DNA of 64,000 nt from an uncultured Fibrobacterota bacterium. Its GTDB lineage: Bacteria > Fibrobacterota > Chitinivibrionia > Chitinivibrionales > FEN-1185. A model generated the notes under the pieces. The model was not told the origin of the DNA. It did not search any database and saw only the letters and a list, made by a program, of their open reading frames with translations. The translations under genes were made by a program, and so were the position numbers. Location of the stretch: the NCBI GenBank assembly GCA_963753345.1, contig CAVWBU010000018.1, forward strand, positions 98,087 to 162,086, in the 5' to 3' direction. Positions 1 to 10,476 of this stretch are shown piece after piece. Position 1 is the first letter of the stretch; each line of letters opens with the position of its first letter.

Positions 1-301
1 GGTGACCGCCCGGATCGAGGTGAGCCGGGAAAAGGGGCCAGAAAGGCGCGGAACCGGCGCTCGTGTCATGGGAACCGTTTGCTCCGGGGGGTTCATGGTC
101 GTCCGCGACGACGAAAAACCGGGGTGAGGCTGCGGACGGCAGGACTAAAATAGTTCAAGGCCGATTTCGGGCGTCTTGGGGGCCTTTCTTCAAGAGCCGT
201 TTTCCAGCAGAAAACGGAAAGATCGGTGGTCACTTGACTGTGCTGGCGGGTTGGAGTATACTATATTGTGGAACCGGAAAGATTGATGACGGGGGGTCGG
301 C

Positions 302-562
302 ATGCGCGCGGGAATTGCGGGACTTATTCTGGCGGCGCTGGTTTCAGCAGCCACGGCCCAGCATGCGGACACGGGCCTGCGGGCCCCTTTGCCGTGGGAG
401 AAGCCCTTGGCGAAGGCAAGTGCGGCGACGCCTGCAGCGCCCAAGGACACGCTGCCCGTGACCACTCAAATCAGGAACGACTCCGGCTCGCGCACAAACG
501 TGATCGTGCAGAAGAAGATTCGCATTTCCGACTTGGACAGGTTTCTGGATATGTGGCGGTAA
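302..562 (+). CDS. Small hypothetical secreted protein (86 aa)
   Basis: Signal-peptide-like N-terminus (MRAGIAGLILAALVSAATA|Q). A repeat-A copy follows its stop, as for other real genes in this window. Confidence 0.5.
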   Translation: MRAGIAGLILAALVSAATAQHADTGLRAPLPWEKPLAKASAATPAAPKDTLPVTTQIRNDSGSRTNVIVQKKIRISDLDRFLDMWR

Positions 563-598
563 AAATGTCCAGCCTGTCTCAAAAGTCAAGAGAAGATC

Positions 599-757
599 TG
601 GGCGCCTCGCCGAAGACGGCGGCGGTTCTCCTTTCGCGCTCGGCTATTCGCCTCGTTGCCGGACCGCCCTAGTCGCCTGCGGCGAGGGTCGGCCGGCAAT
701 GCGCTCTGGCGCACCCTTCAGTCCAACCTGGCGCGTGGCATCAGTATTGTTCCACAA
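599..757 (-). repeat. Dispersed structured repeat family A, copy 1
   Basis: Shares GCTCGGCTATTCGCCTCGTTGCCG and GGCAATGCGCTCTGGCGCACC..CAGTCC..CCTGGCGCG with the copy at 14410-14576. Confidence 0.8.
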
Positions 758-831
758 TCAACATCTGCCTGACAAAAGAGAATTCAGTTGTGTCGATCCA
801 AGTTGATCTCGGATGGCGCAAGAAACATCTC

Positions 832-1018
832 TTGACAGAGTAAACTCCAGTTGGCGCGCGTTAGGTGGACCGGAGGGTGAGCAAAAGCGAATTGCCGCCT
901 GACCACGGCCGAAGGCCATTGTGGCAGGCGGCAACGAGGCGATCAGCCGAGCCCGCTGGGACGACGCCTCGAAGCACCCGAAGGGGTGGACCGACCCCGC
1001 AAAGCGGGGGAACGCCCA
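832..1018 (+). repeat. Dispersed structured repeat family A, copy 2
   Basis: TTGAC..GCGCGTTAGG...GGCAACGAGGCGA..AGCCGAGCCCG...CCGACCCCGCAAAGCGGGGGAACGCCCA. The 3' end is identical to that of the copy at 10593-10785. Confidence 0.85.
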
Positions 1019-1035
1019 GATCTGTACTCTACTCT

Positions 1036-1791
1036 TTATCTATTTTTCCACCCGCGCCAAACCCTGAGCGCCCGTTTCTCCCTCACCCGATCCATGCGCC
1101 TGAAAAAGAAGATCAGTATCACGCCGGCAAGGAATCCGCCCACATGCGCGCCCACGGCCACGCCTCCGCTGTTTCCGCCGAGGGCCGGGAGCACGCCCAA
1201 CAACTGAAGCAGGAACCAGTAGCCGAGCATGAAATACGCGGGCACGATAATCTTGGTGATGAAGAATCCGAGAAACACGAGCATGTGAATGGGCGCGCGC
1301 GGATACAGCACCACATAGGCGCCCATGACCCCGCCTATTGCGCCCGACGCGCCCACCATGGGGATTGCGCTCTGAGGGTCAAGCACCATCTGCGTGGCGG
1401 CGGCGGCCAGCCCGCACAAAAGGTAGAAGAACACGAACCTGATCGATCCCATGGAATCTTCAACGTTGTCACCGAATATGGCAAGGAACCACATGTTGCC
1501 TATGACGTGGAACCAGCCGCCGTGCATGAACATGTGGGTGATTGCGGTATACCAGTTGTGGGTGTCTTCGACCACGCAGGCGAGCCCGCCGCCCAGCGGA
1601 ACTTCGGTGCCGGGGGGAACAAGGCCGAGCAGTTCGCCCGGCACAAGCCCGTAGTGGCACAAGGATTTGGCGAGCGCGGGGTTAAAGCCTGCGCCCTGGA
1701 CAAAAATCCAGACCAGCACATTTATTAATATGATAAGAAATGTGACGACCGCCTTGTGAATGGTCGGGTTGTCGTCGCGGATTGGAAACAT
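1036..1791 (-). CDS. Rhomboid family intramembrane serine protease
   Basis: HMFMHGGWFHVIGNM, catalytic GASG and AHVGG motifs; multiple transmembrane segments. Confidence 0.92.
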   Translation of the reverse strand: MFPIRDDNPTIHKAVVTFLIILINVLVWIFVQGAGFNPALAKSLCHYGLVPGELLGLVPPGTEVPLGGGLACVVEDTHNWYTAITHMFMHGGWFHVIGNMWFLAIFGDNVEDSMGSIRFVFFYLLCGLAAAATQMVLDPQSAIPMVGASGAIGGVMGAYVVLYPRAPIHMLVFLGFFITKIIVPAYFMLGYWFLLQLLGVLPALGGNSGGVAVGAHVGGFLAGVILIFFFRRMDRVREKRALRVWRGWKNR

Positions 1792-1913
1792 GCGTAGGTT
1801 TTTCGATCGGCTTGTTACTGTGCCGGATTATGCCCAGACCGCCGGACAAGGGAACTTTTGTCGAGTCTGCGGCATGGTTGGCGGGCGAAAGCCGCAGGGC
1901 GCACAGCTCGCTC

Positions 1914-2183
1914 TTATTTGAAGGTGTAGTGTTTCTTGATCGGCTCCTTGACTTCCCACTCGCATTCGAGGCCCTTGGGAAACCGCACGAAATCGCCTTT
2001 GCCGAACTCGAACTGCTGGCCGTCCTTTGTCCTGACAACGGCTTTTCCCTCGAGCACGTAGCATTCCTCGGTCTGCTCGTAAAACCAGTTGAAGCGGGAC
2101 ACCTCTTTTTCCCAGATCGGCCACGACAAGGCGCCTTTCTTGCGCAACTCGGTTTTCTTCGGTCTGGTTATTTCAACGGTCAT
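1914..2183 (-). CDS. Small cupin-domain protein (DUF861/Cupin_3-like)
   Basis: WPIWEKEVSRFNWFY..EECYVLEG..GDFVRFPKGL.C.W.V..P..KHY pattern; start placed at MTVEI. Confidence 0.85.
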   Translation of the reverse strand: MTVEITRPKKTELRKKGALSWPIWEKEVSRFNWFYEQTEECYVLEGKAVVRTKDGQQFEFGKGDFVRFPKGLECEWEVKEPIKKHYTFK

Positions 2184-2364
2184 GGGCACGCTCCTTTGCG
2201 CTACGATCATAAAATATATCTTTTTCTCCGATCATTCTTGTATTATCAAGAGAAAGCAGGAGCTTTTTGGTTCACCTTGCGTCAATCGGAATATATATTT
2301 TCTTGACCATATTCCCCGAGCAACTTCTTTCCGGGCAACATCTTCCACGCGAACGACGGCAGGT

Positions 2365-3075
2365 ATGAACGTTCCCGCGCACATCGGCATCATCCTGGAC
2401 GGCAACGGCCGCTGGGCCAAGTCGCGCGGCCTTCCTCGCACGGCGGGCCATCGGGCCGGGACCGATGCCACGCGCGCCATTGTCCGGGCCTGCGGCGAGC
2501 TCGGCGTAAGCTACCTCACCATCTATGTTTTTTCTGCGGAAAACTGGGGAAGGCCTCGCCAGGAGGTTTCCCTGCTTATGGACCTTCTCGTGGAAATGAC
2601 ACGGCGCGAGATACGAGAGCTCAACAAGAACAATGTGAGGCTTCACGCAATCGGCGACCTTTCCAGGCTCCCGCCCAAGACGCGCAAGGAGCTGCTCGAC
2701 GGAATCGAGGCCACAAAGGGGAACACCGGGCTCAATCTGGTGCTCGCGGTGAGCTACGGCGGACGCGCCGAGATCGTTCTGGGCGTTAAAAAATTCGCGC
2801 GTTCGGCGCTTGCCAATCCGTCGGTTATCGACGGGCTGACCGAAGAATCGTTCAGGAGCCTGCTTTTCACGGCCGATTTCCCTGACCCCGACCTTATCAT
2901 CCGGACCGGCGGGGAGAAGCGGACCAGCAATTTCCTGTTATGGCAGTCGGCCTACGCGGAGCTGTATTTCACGGACGTTTTGTGGCCCGATTTCGACAAG
3001 CAATGCCTTGTGACCGCGATCGAGGACTTTAACAAACGCGAACGAAGGTTCGGCAAGGTGAAGGAGGGCTCATGA
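2365..3075 (+). CDS. uppS: Undecaprenyl diphosphate synthase (isoprenyl transferase)
   Basis: HIGIILDGNGRWA, FSAENWGRP and DLIIRTGGEKRTSNFLLWQ motifs; start placed at MNVPAH. Confidence 0.95.
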   Translation: MNVPAHIGIILDGNGRWAKSRGLPRTAGHRAGTDATRAIVRACGELGVSYLTIYVFSAENWGRPRQEVSLLMDLLVEMTRREIRELNKNNVRLHAIGDLSRLPPKTRKELLDGIEATKGNTGLNLVLAVSYGGRAEIVLGVKKFARSALANPSVIDGLTEESFRSLLFTADFPDPDLIIRTGGEKRTSNFLLWQSAYAELYFTDVLWPDFDKQCLVTAIEDFNKRERRFGKVKEGS

Positions 3076-4367
3076 TCGACCGGGCCAACCTGTACCGCCG
3101 TCTCCTCTTTGCGATTCCCGCCATTCCCGTGGGCTGGTGGATAATCAATTCGAATCTTTCGCTTATCCCGGGGACCCCGCAACCGGTGGTCCCAGGTATC
3201 ATTGTCACCATCGTCGTTATAGTGCTGGGAGGTTCCGAGTATAACCGGATGCTTTCGCTTCTGTTCCCCAGAAACGGTTTCTGGCTGTGCCTTGTCTGGC
3301 TCGGCACCGTGCTCGTCTGGGGCCTCTTCAGTCCTACGATCCACCTTCGGTTCCTTATATTCATCCTGCTCCTTATCGTGGCGTTCGAGGCGATCGTCTG
3401 GGGAAAAAGGAACTCGGGCCGCTGGCGCCGTGCAAGCCTGTCGTTTTCCGCAGCAGTCTTTCTTTACATAGCGGGAGTCTCCGTCCTGTACCTGTTCGAC
3501 CCGGATTTCCAGTCGTTCTTCAAGTCCTTTCCGCAGGAAATGCTGTCCCGCACCGGGGTCGCCATTGTCATCGGTTCGGTGCTCATGTGCGACACCATGG
3601 CCTATTTTGTCGGAAGCGCATGGGGCAAACACCACTACAGCAACATAAGCCCCAACAAAACAGTTGAAGGTAGCATTGCCGGATTCATCACCGCGTTTGT
3701 CCTTTGTTCAGTGCTGTGGATCTTCCTGCGAAATCCGGCATATCCCTGGTACATTGGCCTTCCCATGGGTCTTATTCTCGGAGTGTTTGCGCAGGTGGGC
3801 GACCTTTTCGTCTCACTCATGAAGCGGTACTTTGGGACCAAGAACGCATCAGACATACTTCCGGGACACGGCGGTCTCCTTGACCGTTTCGGGAGCGTGT
3901 TCGTGGCGGTTCCCACGCTCGGGCTGTTTCTCCTTGCTTTCGCCTCCAACGACGATGTCAAGACCATAGACGAATATCTTCGCCTCCTGCAAAACAAAGA
4001 ATTTGAGAAGGCCTATGATTTTGTAGGAGATGTATCCATTACCTGCAACAGTGGAAATGCCGGTTCCGCATTTGTCGGGCGAGGTACACGTGCCGAATGG
4101 GTCAGCAGACAGAAACAATGCGCCGACCTGACAAAAATAGGCAAAATCCAGGAAGTCAAATACTGGGAAAATAAACCCGAGCACGGATTTGAATGCGCAT
4201 CCGAACTCGGCCTGAGACTCTACAGGCTCCACCTGCTTTATGAATACAAGACGGACCCTTCGATCAAGCATGCGGCGCCGGAGGGTTGGCAAACGAGATT
4301 CGCCTGGCTCAGCAAAGGCGCCGACTCGAAGATACGGGTAGTGGGGGAACTGGGCACCGGGCCGTGA
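3072..4367 (+). CDS. cdsA: Phosphatidate cytidylyltransferase with an unusual ~140-aa soluble C-terminal extension
   Basis: DTMAYFVG..GKH..ISPNKTVEG and GDLFVSLMKR..KNASDILPGHGGLLDRF motifs; ATGA overlap with uppS. Confidence 0.9.
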   Translation: MIDRANLYRRLLFAIPAIPVGWWIINSNLSLIPGTPQPVVPGIIVTIVVIVLGGSEYNRMLSLLFPRNGFWLCLVWLGTVLVWGLFSPTIHLRFLIFILLLIVAFEAIVWGKRNSGRWRRASLSFSAAVFLYIAGVSVLYLFDPDFQSFFKSFPQEMLSRTGVAIVIGSVLMCDTMAYFVGSAWGKHHYSNISPNKTVEGSIAGFITAFVLCSVLWIFLRNPAYPWYIGLPMGLILGVFAQVGDLFVSLMKRYFGTKNASDILPGHGGLLDRFGSVFVAVPTLGLFLLAFASNDDVKTIDEYLRLLQNKEFEKAYDFVGDVSITCNSGNAGSAFVGRGTRAEWVSRQKQCADLTKIGKIQEVKYWENKPEHGFECASELGLRLYRLHLLYEYKTDPSIKHAAPEGWQTRFAWLSKGADSKIRVVGELGTGP

Positions 4368-4462
4368 TTCGTCGTTCGCCGCGCTAATTTTGCATCGGTC
4401 AAGTCGCGGCCATTCGTACTCACCGGTGAAATAGGTCTCTTGGCGACAGGAATTTTCAACAG

Positions 4463-5629
4463 ATGAACCGCATCAAAATAGTCCTTCTCGGCGCCACCGG
4501 CTCCATAGGCACCAGCGCCTGCAACTGCATTCGGCGGTTTCCGGACAGGTTCGAAATCGCGGGCCTTTCGGCAAACAACAGCGTTGACAAACTCGTTTCC
4601 CTTGCCGAAGAGTTCAGGCCGAAATCCGTGTGCGTTTCGTCGACCGCGGCAGGAGGCAGCCTTGACAATCGCTTCGGTCCGGGTGTCCGCGTATTCACCG
4701 GCGAATCCGGTCTCGAAAAACTGGTGGCGGAAACCGAGTTCGACATTCTGCTCAACGCGCTCGTGGGCGCCGTGGGTCTGCGCGCCACCATGGCGGCGCT
4801 CGGGAAAAACAAGCGCGTCGCGCTTGCCAACAAGGAAAGTCTTGTGATCGGCGGCGACTGCATTGCGGCGCTTCTCCGGGACGGGCACGGCACCATCGTT
4901 CCGGTCGACAGCGAGCACAGCGCCATTCTCCAGTGTTGTGCGGGCGCGGACCGCGCGGCCGTGGAGTCGATTATCCTCACGGCATCGGGCGGGCCGTTTA
5001 GGACACTGCCTCTTGACAAATTCAGAGACATCAGGCCGGCCGACGCGCTCAACCATCCCACATGGAGCATGGGGAAAAAGATCACCATCGACGCGGCGAC
5101 GCTCGTCAACAAGGGGTTCGAGGTGATCGAAGCGCACCATCTCTTCGCCATGCCCTACGACCGCCTGCGCGTAGTGATCCATCCGCAGTCGGTTGTCCAT
5201 TCCATGGTGGAATTCCACGACGGGGCGGTGATGGCGCAGATGGGCGTTCCCGACATGGAGCTGCCGATACAGTACGCGCTGTCGTACCCTGAGCGCCTGC
5301 CGTCCGCGGCGAAGCGTCTTGACCTTGCGGCAATCCGCGAGCTTTCGTTTTTCGAGCCTGACTACGAGCGGTTTCCGTGCCTGCGGCTGTGTCTTGACGC
5401 GGGGAGAATCGGCGGCACCATGCCCGCGGTGCTCAACGCGGCCAACGAGGTAGCAGTCGCCGCGTTTCTCGACAACGGACTTCGCTTCGACCGGATCGCG
5501 TATGTGCTGCGCGCTGCAATGGACAGCCATGCACCCGCGCCCGCGACGTCCCTGGAGGCCGTCGAGAAAGCAGACCGGGCGGCCAGGGAATTCGCGGCGA
5601 AGACGATTTCAAACATCACGAGAGCCTAA
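4463..5629 (+). CDS. dxr: 1-deoxy-D-xylulose-5-phosphate reductoisomerase
   Basis: LGATGSIG, LANKESLV, PVDSEHSA, TASGGPF, HPTWSMGKKIT and NKGFEVIEA motifs. Confidence 0.97.
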   Translation: MNRIKIVLLGATGSIGTSACNCIRRFPDRFEIAGLSANNSVDKLVSLAEEFRPKSVCVSSTAAGGSLDNRFGPGVRVFTGESGLEKLVAETEFDILLNALVGAVGLRATMAALGKNKRVALANKESLVIGGDCIAALLRDGHGTIVPVDSEHSAILQCCAGADRAAVESIILTASGGPFRTLPLDKFRDIRPADALNHPTWSMGKKITIDAATLVNKGFEVIEAHHLFAMPYDRLRVVIHPQSVVHSMVEFHDGAVMAQMGVPDMELPIQYALSYPERLPSAAKRLDLAAIRELSFFEPDYERFPCLRLCLDAGRIGGTMPAVLNAANEVAVAAFLDNGLRFDRIAYVLRAAMDSHAPAPATSLEAVEKADRAAREFAAKTISNITRA

Positions 5630-5654
5630 AAAGGCACGGGGAAAGCGGCATACC

Positions 5655-7022
5655 ATGATTCATCTCATCCAATCGGCGGCGATCGTCGCGCTGTTCTTGG
5701 CCGTCGGCCTCGCAGTGCTGGGAATACTTGTCCTTGTCCATGAAGTGGGACATTTCGCGGCTGCCAAGCGTTTCGGCATTCGCGTGCTCACCTTTTCCAT
5801 AGGATTCGGCAAGCCGCTCTATTCCAGGACCGTGGGCGGGACCGATTACCGCATCGGGTTGATCCCCTTCGGCGGGTTTGTGGCCATGTCCGGCGAACAT
5901 CCGGAAGATAAGCCGGTGGTGGAACCCGGCGATTTCACCTCGAAGCCCAAATGGCAGCGCGCCGTGGTGGCGATTTCCGGGCCCGCCGCGAATTACCTTT
6001 TCGCAATGCTGTGCCTGTATGCTGCGTTTGCCGTTGGCGTCAACGAGCCCCTGTACCTCAAGCGGCCCTTGATAGGCACGGTCACCGACAGCTCCGCCGC
6101 GTGGAAGGCCGGGTTTCTGGCGGGAGACAGTATTGTCGCCATGAACGGGAAATCCGTGCGCACCTGGGAGGACGTTGAACGGGCGCTTGCCCTGCGCGAA
6201 GCGCGGTACGACATCGCTTTCGTGCGCGGCGGCGCGCCGCGTGCCGCGGTGCTTGACATGCCGGAATGGCGCGGCAGGGGGCTCCCCAAGGACCCCACGG
6301 GCGGGCTGTTCCCCGTGTACACGCCCGTGATCGGCTACGTAAAGGACGGAACGCCCGCCGCAGCGGCCGGCTTCAAGGCGGGCGATACGGTGGTGGCAAT
6401 TGACGGAAGCACAATCGTCTCGTGGGGCCAGCTCACGCAGCGGGTGATGCATTTCGACAGCACGCGGGGTCCCCTGCAATTCGTGGTGAAGCGCGGCGCA
6501 GGCACGGTTCGGCTTCTCGTGGCGCCCGCGTTCCGCCCCGACGCGGGGACGCGTCAGATCGGCGTGGTGCGGGGCAATTCCGCTTCTGTCAAGGTGCGCT
6601 ACGGCCCGATCGCCGCGGCGCGGAAGATGCTTTCGGCGACGTGGGAGAACACCACGCTGGTGTTCCAGGTTCTGGGCATGCTTTCCACGCAGAAGGTGTC
6701 CGCCAAAGAGCTCACCGGGCCCGTGGGCATCGTCCAGTGGATCGGCATCGTGGCCATGGCCGGGCCGGTTGAGATCGTCAAGCTCATGGCCCTTATCGGC
6801 ATCAACCTTGCGGTGCTGAACCTGCTGCCGCTGGTGATCACCGACGGCGGCCTGCTCCTGTTTCTGCTCCTCGAGGCGATTCGCCGCAGGCCGCTGTCGG
6901 TGCGGGCCCAGTCCATTGTCAACCGGGCCGCGCTCGCGTTTTTTGTCATGCTGTTTCTGTATGTTACGTACAACGACCTGGGCCGCGTGCCGGACCTTCT
7001 GAAAGTGATGACGGGGCGCTGA
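5655..7022 (+). CDS. rseP: RIP metalloprotease RseP (M50 family, two PDZ domains)
   Basis: HEVGH zinc motif, FSIGFG, GPAAN and NLLPLVITDGG; conserved position after dxr. Confidence 0.93.
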   Translation: MIHLIQSAAIVALFLAVGLAVLGILVLVHEVGHFAAAKRFGIRVLTFSIGFGKPLYSRTVGGTDYRIGLIPFGGFVAMSGEHPEDKPVVEPGDFTSKPKWQRAVVAISGPAANYLFAMLCLYAAFAVGVNEPLYLKRPLIGTVTDSSAAWKAGFLAGDSIVAMNGKSVRTWEDVERALALREARYDIAFVRGGAPRAAVLDMPEWRGRGLPKDPTGGLFPVYTPVIGYVKDGTPAAAAGFKAGDTVVAIDGSTIVSWGQLTQRVMHFDSTRGPLQFVVKRGAGTVRLLVAPAFRPDAGTRQIGVVRGNSASVKVRYGPIAAARKMLSATWENTTLVFQVLGMLSTQKVSAKELTGPVGIVQWIGIVAMAGPVEIVKLMALIGINLAVLNLLPLVITDGGLLLFLLLEAIRRRPLSVRAQSIVNRAALAFFVMLFLYVTYNDLGRVPDLLKVMTGR

Positions 7023-7024
7023 CC

Positions 7025-7867
7025 ATGACGATTCGCATGATGTCAATTGCCGCCGGGGCGCTTGCCGCCGCTCTTGCGTGGGCGCCGGCGCACGGGTTCG
7101 AACAGAAAGCGCCCCTCCCGGACACGCTCACCCTGGAGCAGACCCACCTCCTCGACTCGATCGATAACGCCCTGTACGTCAAGGAATGCTGCCGCGGAAC
7201 GCTCGCCTCCTGCCTGAGCCGGAAAACGCCGTGCCCGGTTGCCCCGAGGCTCCATGCGTTTGTCAAATGGCTGGTCGTGCGGGCAACCGCGCCGTCGACG
7301 ATATTCGTTGAGGCCGACAAGCGCATCGAAAGCCTCACCTCCACGCGAAAGGGCGTCATCGACACGGCCGGCTATGCCATTGCCGGCGACAGGCGCGCGC
7401 CGATCCTTATCGCGGGATACGTGAGTGCAACGTGCCCCATCTGCCACTTTGTGACGCACGAGATGTACGACGCCGTCACCTCGGGCGCGCTTGCCGGCAA
7501 GGCAAGGCTCATGGTGAAGCCGCTCGGCAACGGGTTTGCAAACCGGTCCCTCGTTGCGGCGAACTCTATGGGCAGGTTCTGGGATTTCTTTATCGCGCTT
7601 GCAAAGACCAAGGTCCGCGTGAGCGAGGAACTCATTTACATCGTTGCCGACAGCCTCGGGATATCGCACGGGGAGTTCAAGAGAAAAATAAACGCGCCCG
7701 AAACGGACTCAACGGTAAAGGCCTCCACGCTCGAGGCGGGGGTCAATGGCATCAACCTTACCCCGTCGTATTTTATTGACCGGGTGCGCTATGGAAGCTA
7801 CAAGGACCCCATGTGGCTTATTGACGCAGCGGAATACAGGTACGAGACGCTGAAAAAGGCACGCTGA
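7025..7867 (+). CDS. Secreted DsbA/thioredoxin-fold protein
   Basis: Signal peptide; GDRRAP..I..Y.SATCPIC (CxxC) and GINLTPSYFI (cis-Pro motif); Cys-rich N-terminal part. Confidence 0.75.
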   Translation: MTIRMMSIAAGALAAALAWAPAHGFEQKAPLPDTLTLEQTHLLDSIDNALYVKECCRGTLASCLSRKTPCPVAPRLHAFVKWLVVRATAPSTIFVEADKRIESLTSTRKGVIDTAGYAIAGDRRAPILIAGYVSATCPICHFVTHEMYDAVTSGALAGKARLMVKPLGNGFANRSLVAANSMGRFWDFFIALAKTKVRVSEELIYIVADSLGISHGEFKRKINAPETDSTVKASTLEAGVNGINLTPSYFIDRVRYGSYKDPMWLIDAAEYRYETLKKAR

Positions 7868-7905
7868 AGCCGGGGACCCTGCTTTCCGGCGGATGGACAC
7901 GGTGC

Positions 7906-9429
7906 ATGAACATTGCCAACATCATTCTTATCGACATCGACAACGCCGACCTCGCGGGTCAGCTTGTGTCGCGCGGGTACACGCCGGTGCCGGTGCAGGA
8001 CATTCCTTCCATCCTCGACGCAAAGGTTCCGTTCGCCGCGGTTCTGGTGAGCCAGGAGGCCATCGGCGACGCGTATGCCGAAGACATGGAGCGCCTGTAC
8101 TTCGCGAGCGGCGGAGCGCCCATCGCCGTGTTTATTTACGATCCGTCAATCATCTCCGCGGGGCTCAAGCGCGCGCTCGACGAAGGCACGCTCGAGCGCG
8201 TGTACGCGCACGAGGTGGCAAGCGGCCTGGCCACGAGCAGAATAGACCGGTTGTATCTTTCCGCCGGCCTCGACACCGTCGTGCGCGCGTACCAGCAGCA
8301 GGCCGACGACAAGGATCTTCTCCACAAGGAGATGAACCTTCGCAACCGCGTGATCGAGCACGGGAGGGAGTTCAACTCGAATATCACCGGGTCCATCACG
8401 TCCGGGCTCGTGGTGATCGATACCGGGGGAAACATATTCCTCATCAACGAATACGCCCGGCGTCTCCTCAGGCTTTCCCAGGGCGACATGCTGGGCGAAC
8501 CGTACCGCCGGGTGTTTCCGGAAAAAGTGTCCCGGTTCGTGGAAAACGCGCTCAAAAGGATTGCGGGCCCGTGGCGGCTGCACGACATGAAGAAGATAAC
8601 CGTGGACGAGTCGGTGCTGGAAATCGCCACGTACCGCATGAACGACAATGCGCACGATCCCATCGGGCTGCTCATGCTCATCAACGACATCACCGACCAG
8701 GAGAACACCACAGCCCAGCTTTACAGGTCGGAAAAGCTCGCGACCGTGGGCACCATGCTGTCGGGCATCGCCCACGAGCTGCGCAACCCGCTGTCGATCA
8801 TCAGCGCCCGGTCGCAGATGGCGCTCAAGAAGAGCGAGTGGGACCGGGAGTGGGCCTTAAAGAACTTCGAATCCATCGACGGCCAGGTCAACCGCTGCGC
8901 GTCGATCCTCAACAGCATGCTCGACTTCACCCGGTACAAGGCCGTGCAGCAGGCGCTTCACAAAGTGGACGAGGTGCTCGACGAGACGCTCACCCACGTG
9001 GAGTACCAGAGCATTTTCGACGACATCAAGGTTGAAAAAAACTACCAGACGGGGCTTGTGGTGTACGGCGACCGCTCCCGTTTTGTCCAGATATTCCTCA
9101 ACCTCATTCTCAACGCGGCCGACGCCATGTCCGGCAAGGGCGTGCTCAGGCTCACAAGTTCGCTAGAGGAGCAGTCGACGGTGCTCGTCGAAATCCACGA
9201 CACCGGCTGCGGGATAGACGCCGCGGTCAAGGACAAGATTTTCGATCCGTTCTTCACCACCAAGGAACCGGGCAAGGGCGCCGGCCTCGGACTCGCCGTT
9301 TCCTACAAGATTATCCAGGATTCGGGAGGCGAGATCTGGTGCTCCTCCGAGCCCGGCAGCACGTCCTTTTTTGTCCGGCTCCCCTCGGGGAAGAGAAAGG
9401 TGTATGAAAGAAAAACTGCTGCTGGTTGA
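7906..9429 (+). CDS. Cytoplasmic PAS-domain sensor histidine kinase
   Basis: H-box AHELRNPL, N-box [27 protein letters not shown] and GAGLGL; PAS-like SGLVVID..G.I..IN. Confidence 0.92.
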   Translation: MNIANIILIDIDNADLAGQLVSRGYTPVPVQDIPSILDAKVPFAAVLVSQEAIGDAYAEDMERLYFASGGAPIAVFIYDPSIISAGLKRALDEGTLERVYAHEVASGLATSRIDRLYLSAGLDTVVRAYQQQADDKDLLHKEMNLRNRVIEHGREFNSNITGSITSGLVVIDTGGNIFLINEYARRLLRLSQGDMLGEPYRRVFPEKVSRFVENALKRIAGPWRLHDMKKITVDESVLEIATYRMNDNAHDPIGLLMLINDITDQENTTAQLYRSEKLATVGTMLSGIAHELRNPLSIISARSQMALKKSEWDREWALKNFESIDGQVNRCASILNSMLDFTRYKAVQQALHKVDEVLDETLTHVEYQSIFDDIKVEKNYQTGLVVYGDRSRFVQIFLNLILNAADAMSGKGVLRLTSSLEEQSTVLVEIHDTGCGIDAAVKDKIFDPFFTTKEPGKGAGLGLAVSYKIIQDSGGEIWCSSEPGSTSFFVRLPSGKRKVYERKTAAG

Positions 9430-10312
9430 CGACGAGGCCGATTTCCTCGACGTCCTGTCGGAATATCTGGTTGACGAAGGCTACACGGTGAGCACCGCGC
9501 TCAACGCCAAGGAGGCGCTCTCGCTCCTTTCGAAGGAAACGTTCGACCTGCTCCTGTCGGACATCAACATGCCCGGCATGAAGGGGTTCGAGCTCATCAA
9601 GGAGGCCCGGCGGCTGTACCCTTCGCTCAAGAGCGCGCTCATCACGGCCTACGACGTGCGCGACTACCTGTACATGGCGAAACATTACAACATCGGCAAT
9701 ATCATCACCAAGACGACCCCGTTCAATTTCGACGAGGTGCTGCTGCTTGTCAAGAACATCCTCTCGGAGGAAGTGTTCGGCCTCGACCGCTATGTGCGCG
9801 GCCCGGTGAAGCGGACCACGGTCCGGAGCACCAACGACATCGAGGGCGTCATCCAGAGCATCGTCGCCGAAATGCCGGACCTCAGGCACCGGCGGAAGTT
9901 CCGTCAGGTGCTCAACGAGATCATCGTGAACGCGGTGTACTACGGCGCGAAGCACGAGCGGGGCGACAGCAAGGAATCGTGGCCGCAGGAGGTGACCCTT
10001 TCCCCCGAGGAGGAGATCCTCATCGAGTGGGGCGCGGACGAAGAAAAGGCCGGCGTCACGGTGTGCGACCAGAAAGGCATGTTGACAAAAGAGGAAGTTC
10101 TGTACTGGCTCGAGCGCAACGCCACCAAGGGCGACAACGGCATGTCGGTGGGCCTGCTCGACGAGCACGGCAAGGGGCTTTTTATCTCGCGGGAGACCAT
10201 CGACCGGTTCATCGTAAACATCAAGCGCGGGCAGAAGACCGAGATCGTGATGCTTAACTATAAGGAAGGACTGTACGACGGGTACAGGCCGTTGTGGATA
10301 CAGGAACTATAA
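9404..10312 (+). CDS. Response regulator: REC domain fused to a HATPase_c-like (anti-sigma-kinase-like) domain
   Basis: LLVDDE, DINMPGMKG and ITAY in the receiver; LNEIIVNAVYYG, CDQKG and GKGLFI in the C-terminal part. Confidence 0.85.
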   Translation: MKEKLLLVDDEADFLDVLSEYLVDEGYTVSTALNAKEALSLLSKETFDLLLSDINMPGMKGFELIKEARRLYPSLKSALITAYDVRDYLYMAKHYNIGNIITKTTPFNFDEVLLLVKNILSEEVFGLDRYVRGPVKRTTVRSTNDIEGVIQSIVAEMPDLRHRRKFRQVLNEIIVNAVYYGAKHERGDSKESWPQEVTLSPEEEILIEWGADEEKAGVTVCDQKGMLTKEEVLYWLERNATKGDNGMSVGLLDEHGKGLFISRETIDRFIVNIKRGQKTEIVMLNYKEGLYDGYRPLWIQEL

Positions 10313-10334
10313 TAAAATGTGACAATATTTATAA

Positions 10335-10476
10335 GGGGGAAGGCTCCCCCTCGCTCCGGTCTCCTCGGACTTCGTCCTCAAATACCTCCGCTACCCCCTC
10401 CTGGGTGTCCGCCTTGACAAAGCAGCTGCAAGACCATGCATTGTTGTGGCGGCACCCACGGGGAATTGTGGATTGA
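10335..10476 (+). repeat. Dispersed structured repeat family B, copy 1
   Basis: GGGGGAAGGCTCCCCC hairpin; core CGCTACCCCCTCCTGGGTG.CCGCCTTGA.AAAGCAGCTGCAAGACCATGCATTGTTG is nearly identical to 40405-40538. Confidence 0.85.

Noticed and set aside
1..96. Possible 5' end of a minus-strand gene running off the window
   Set aside because: Only 32 codons are visible, too few to support a call.
832..870. TTGAC at the start of family A as a sigma70 -35 box
   Set aside because: No -10-like hexamer at the expected spacing in the copies checked; GC-rich sequence follows.
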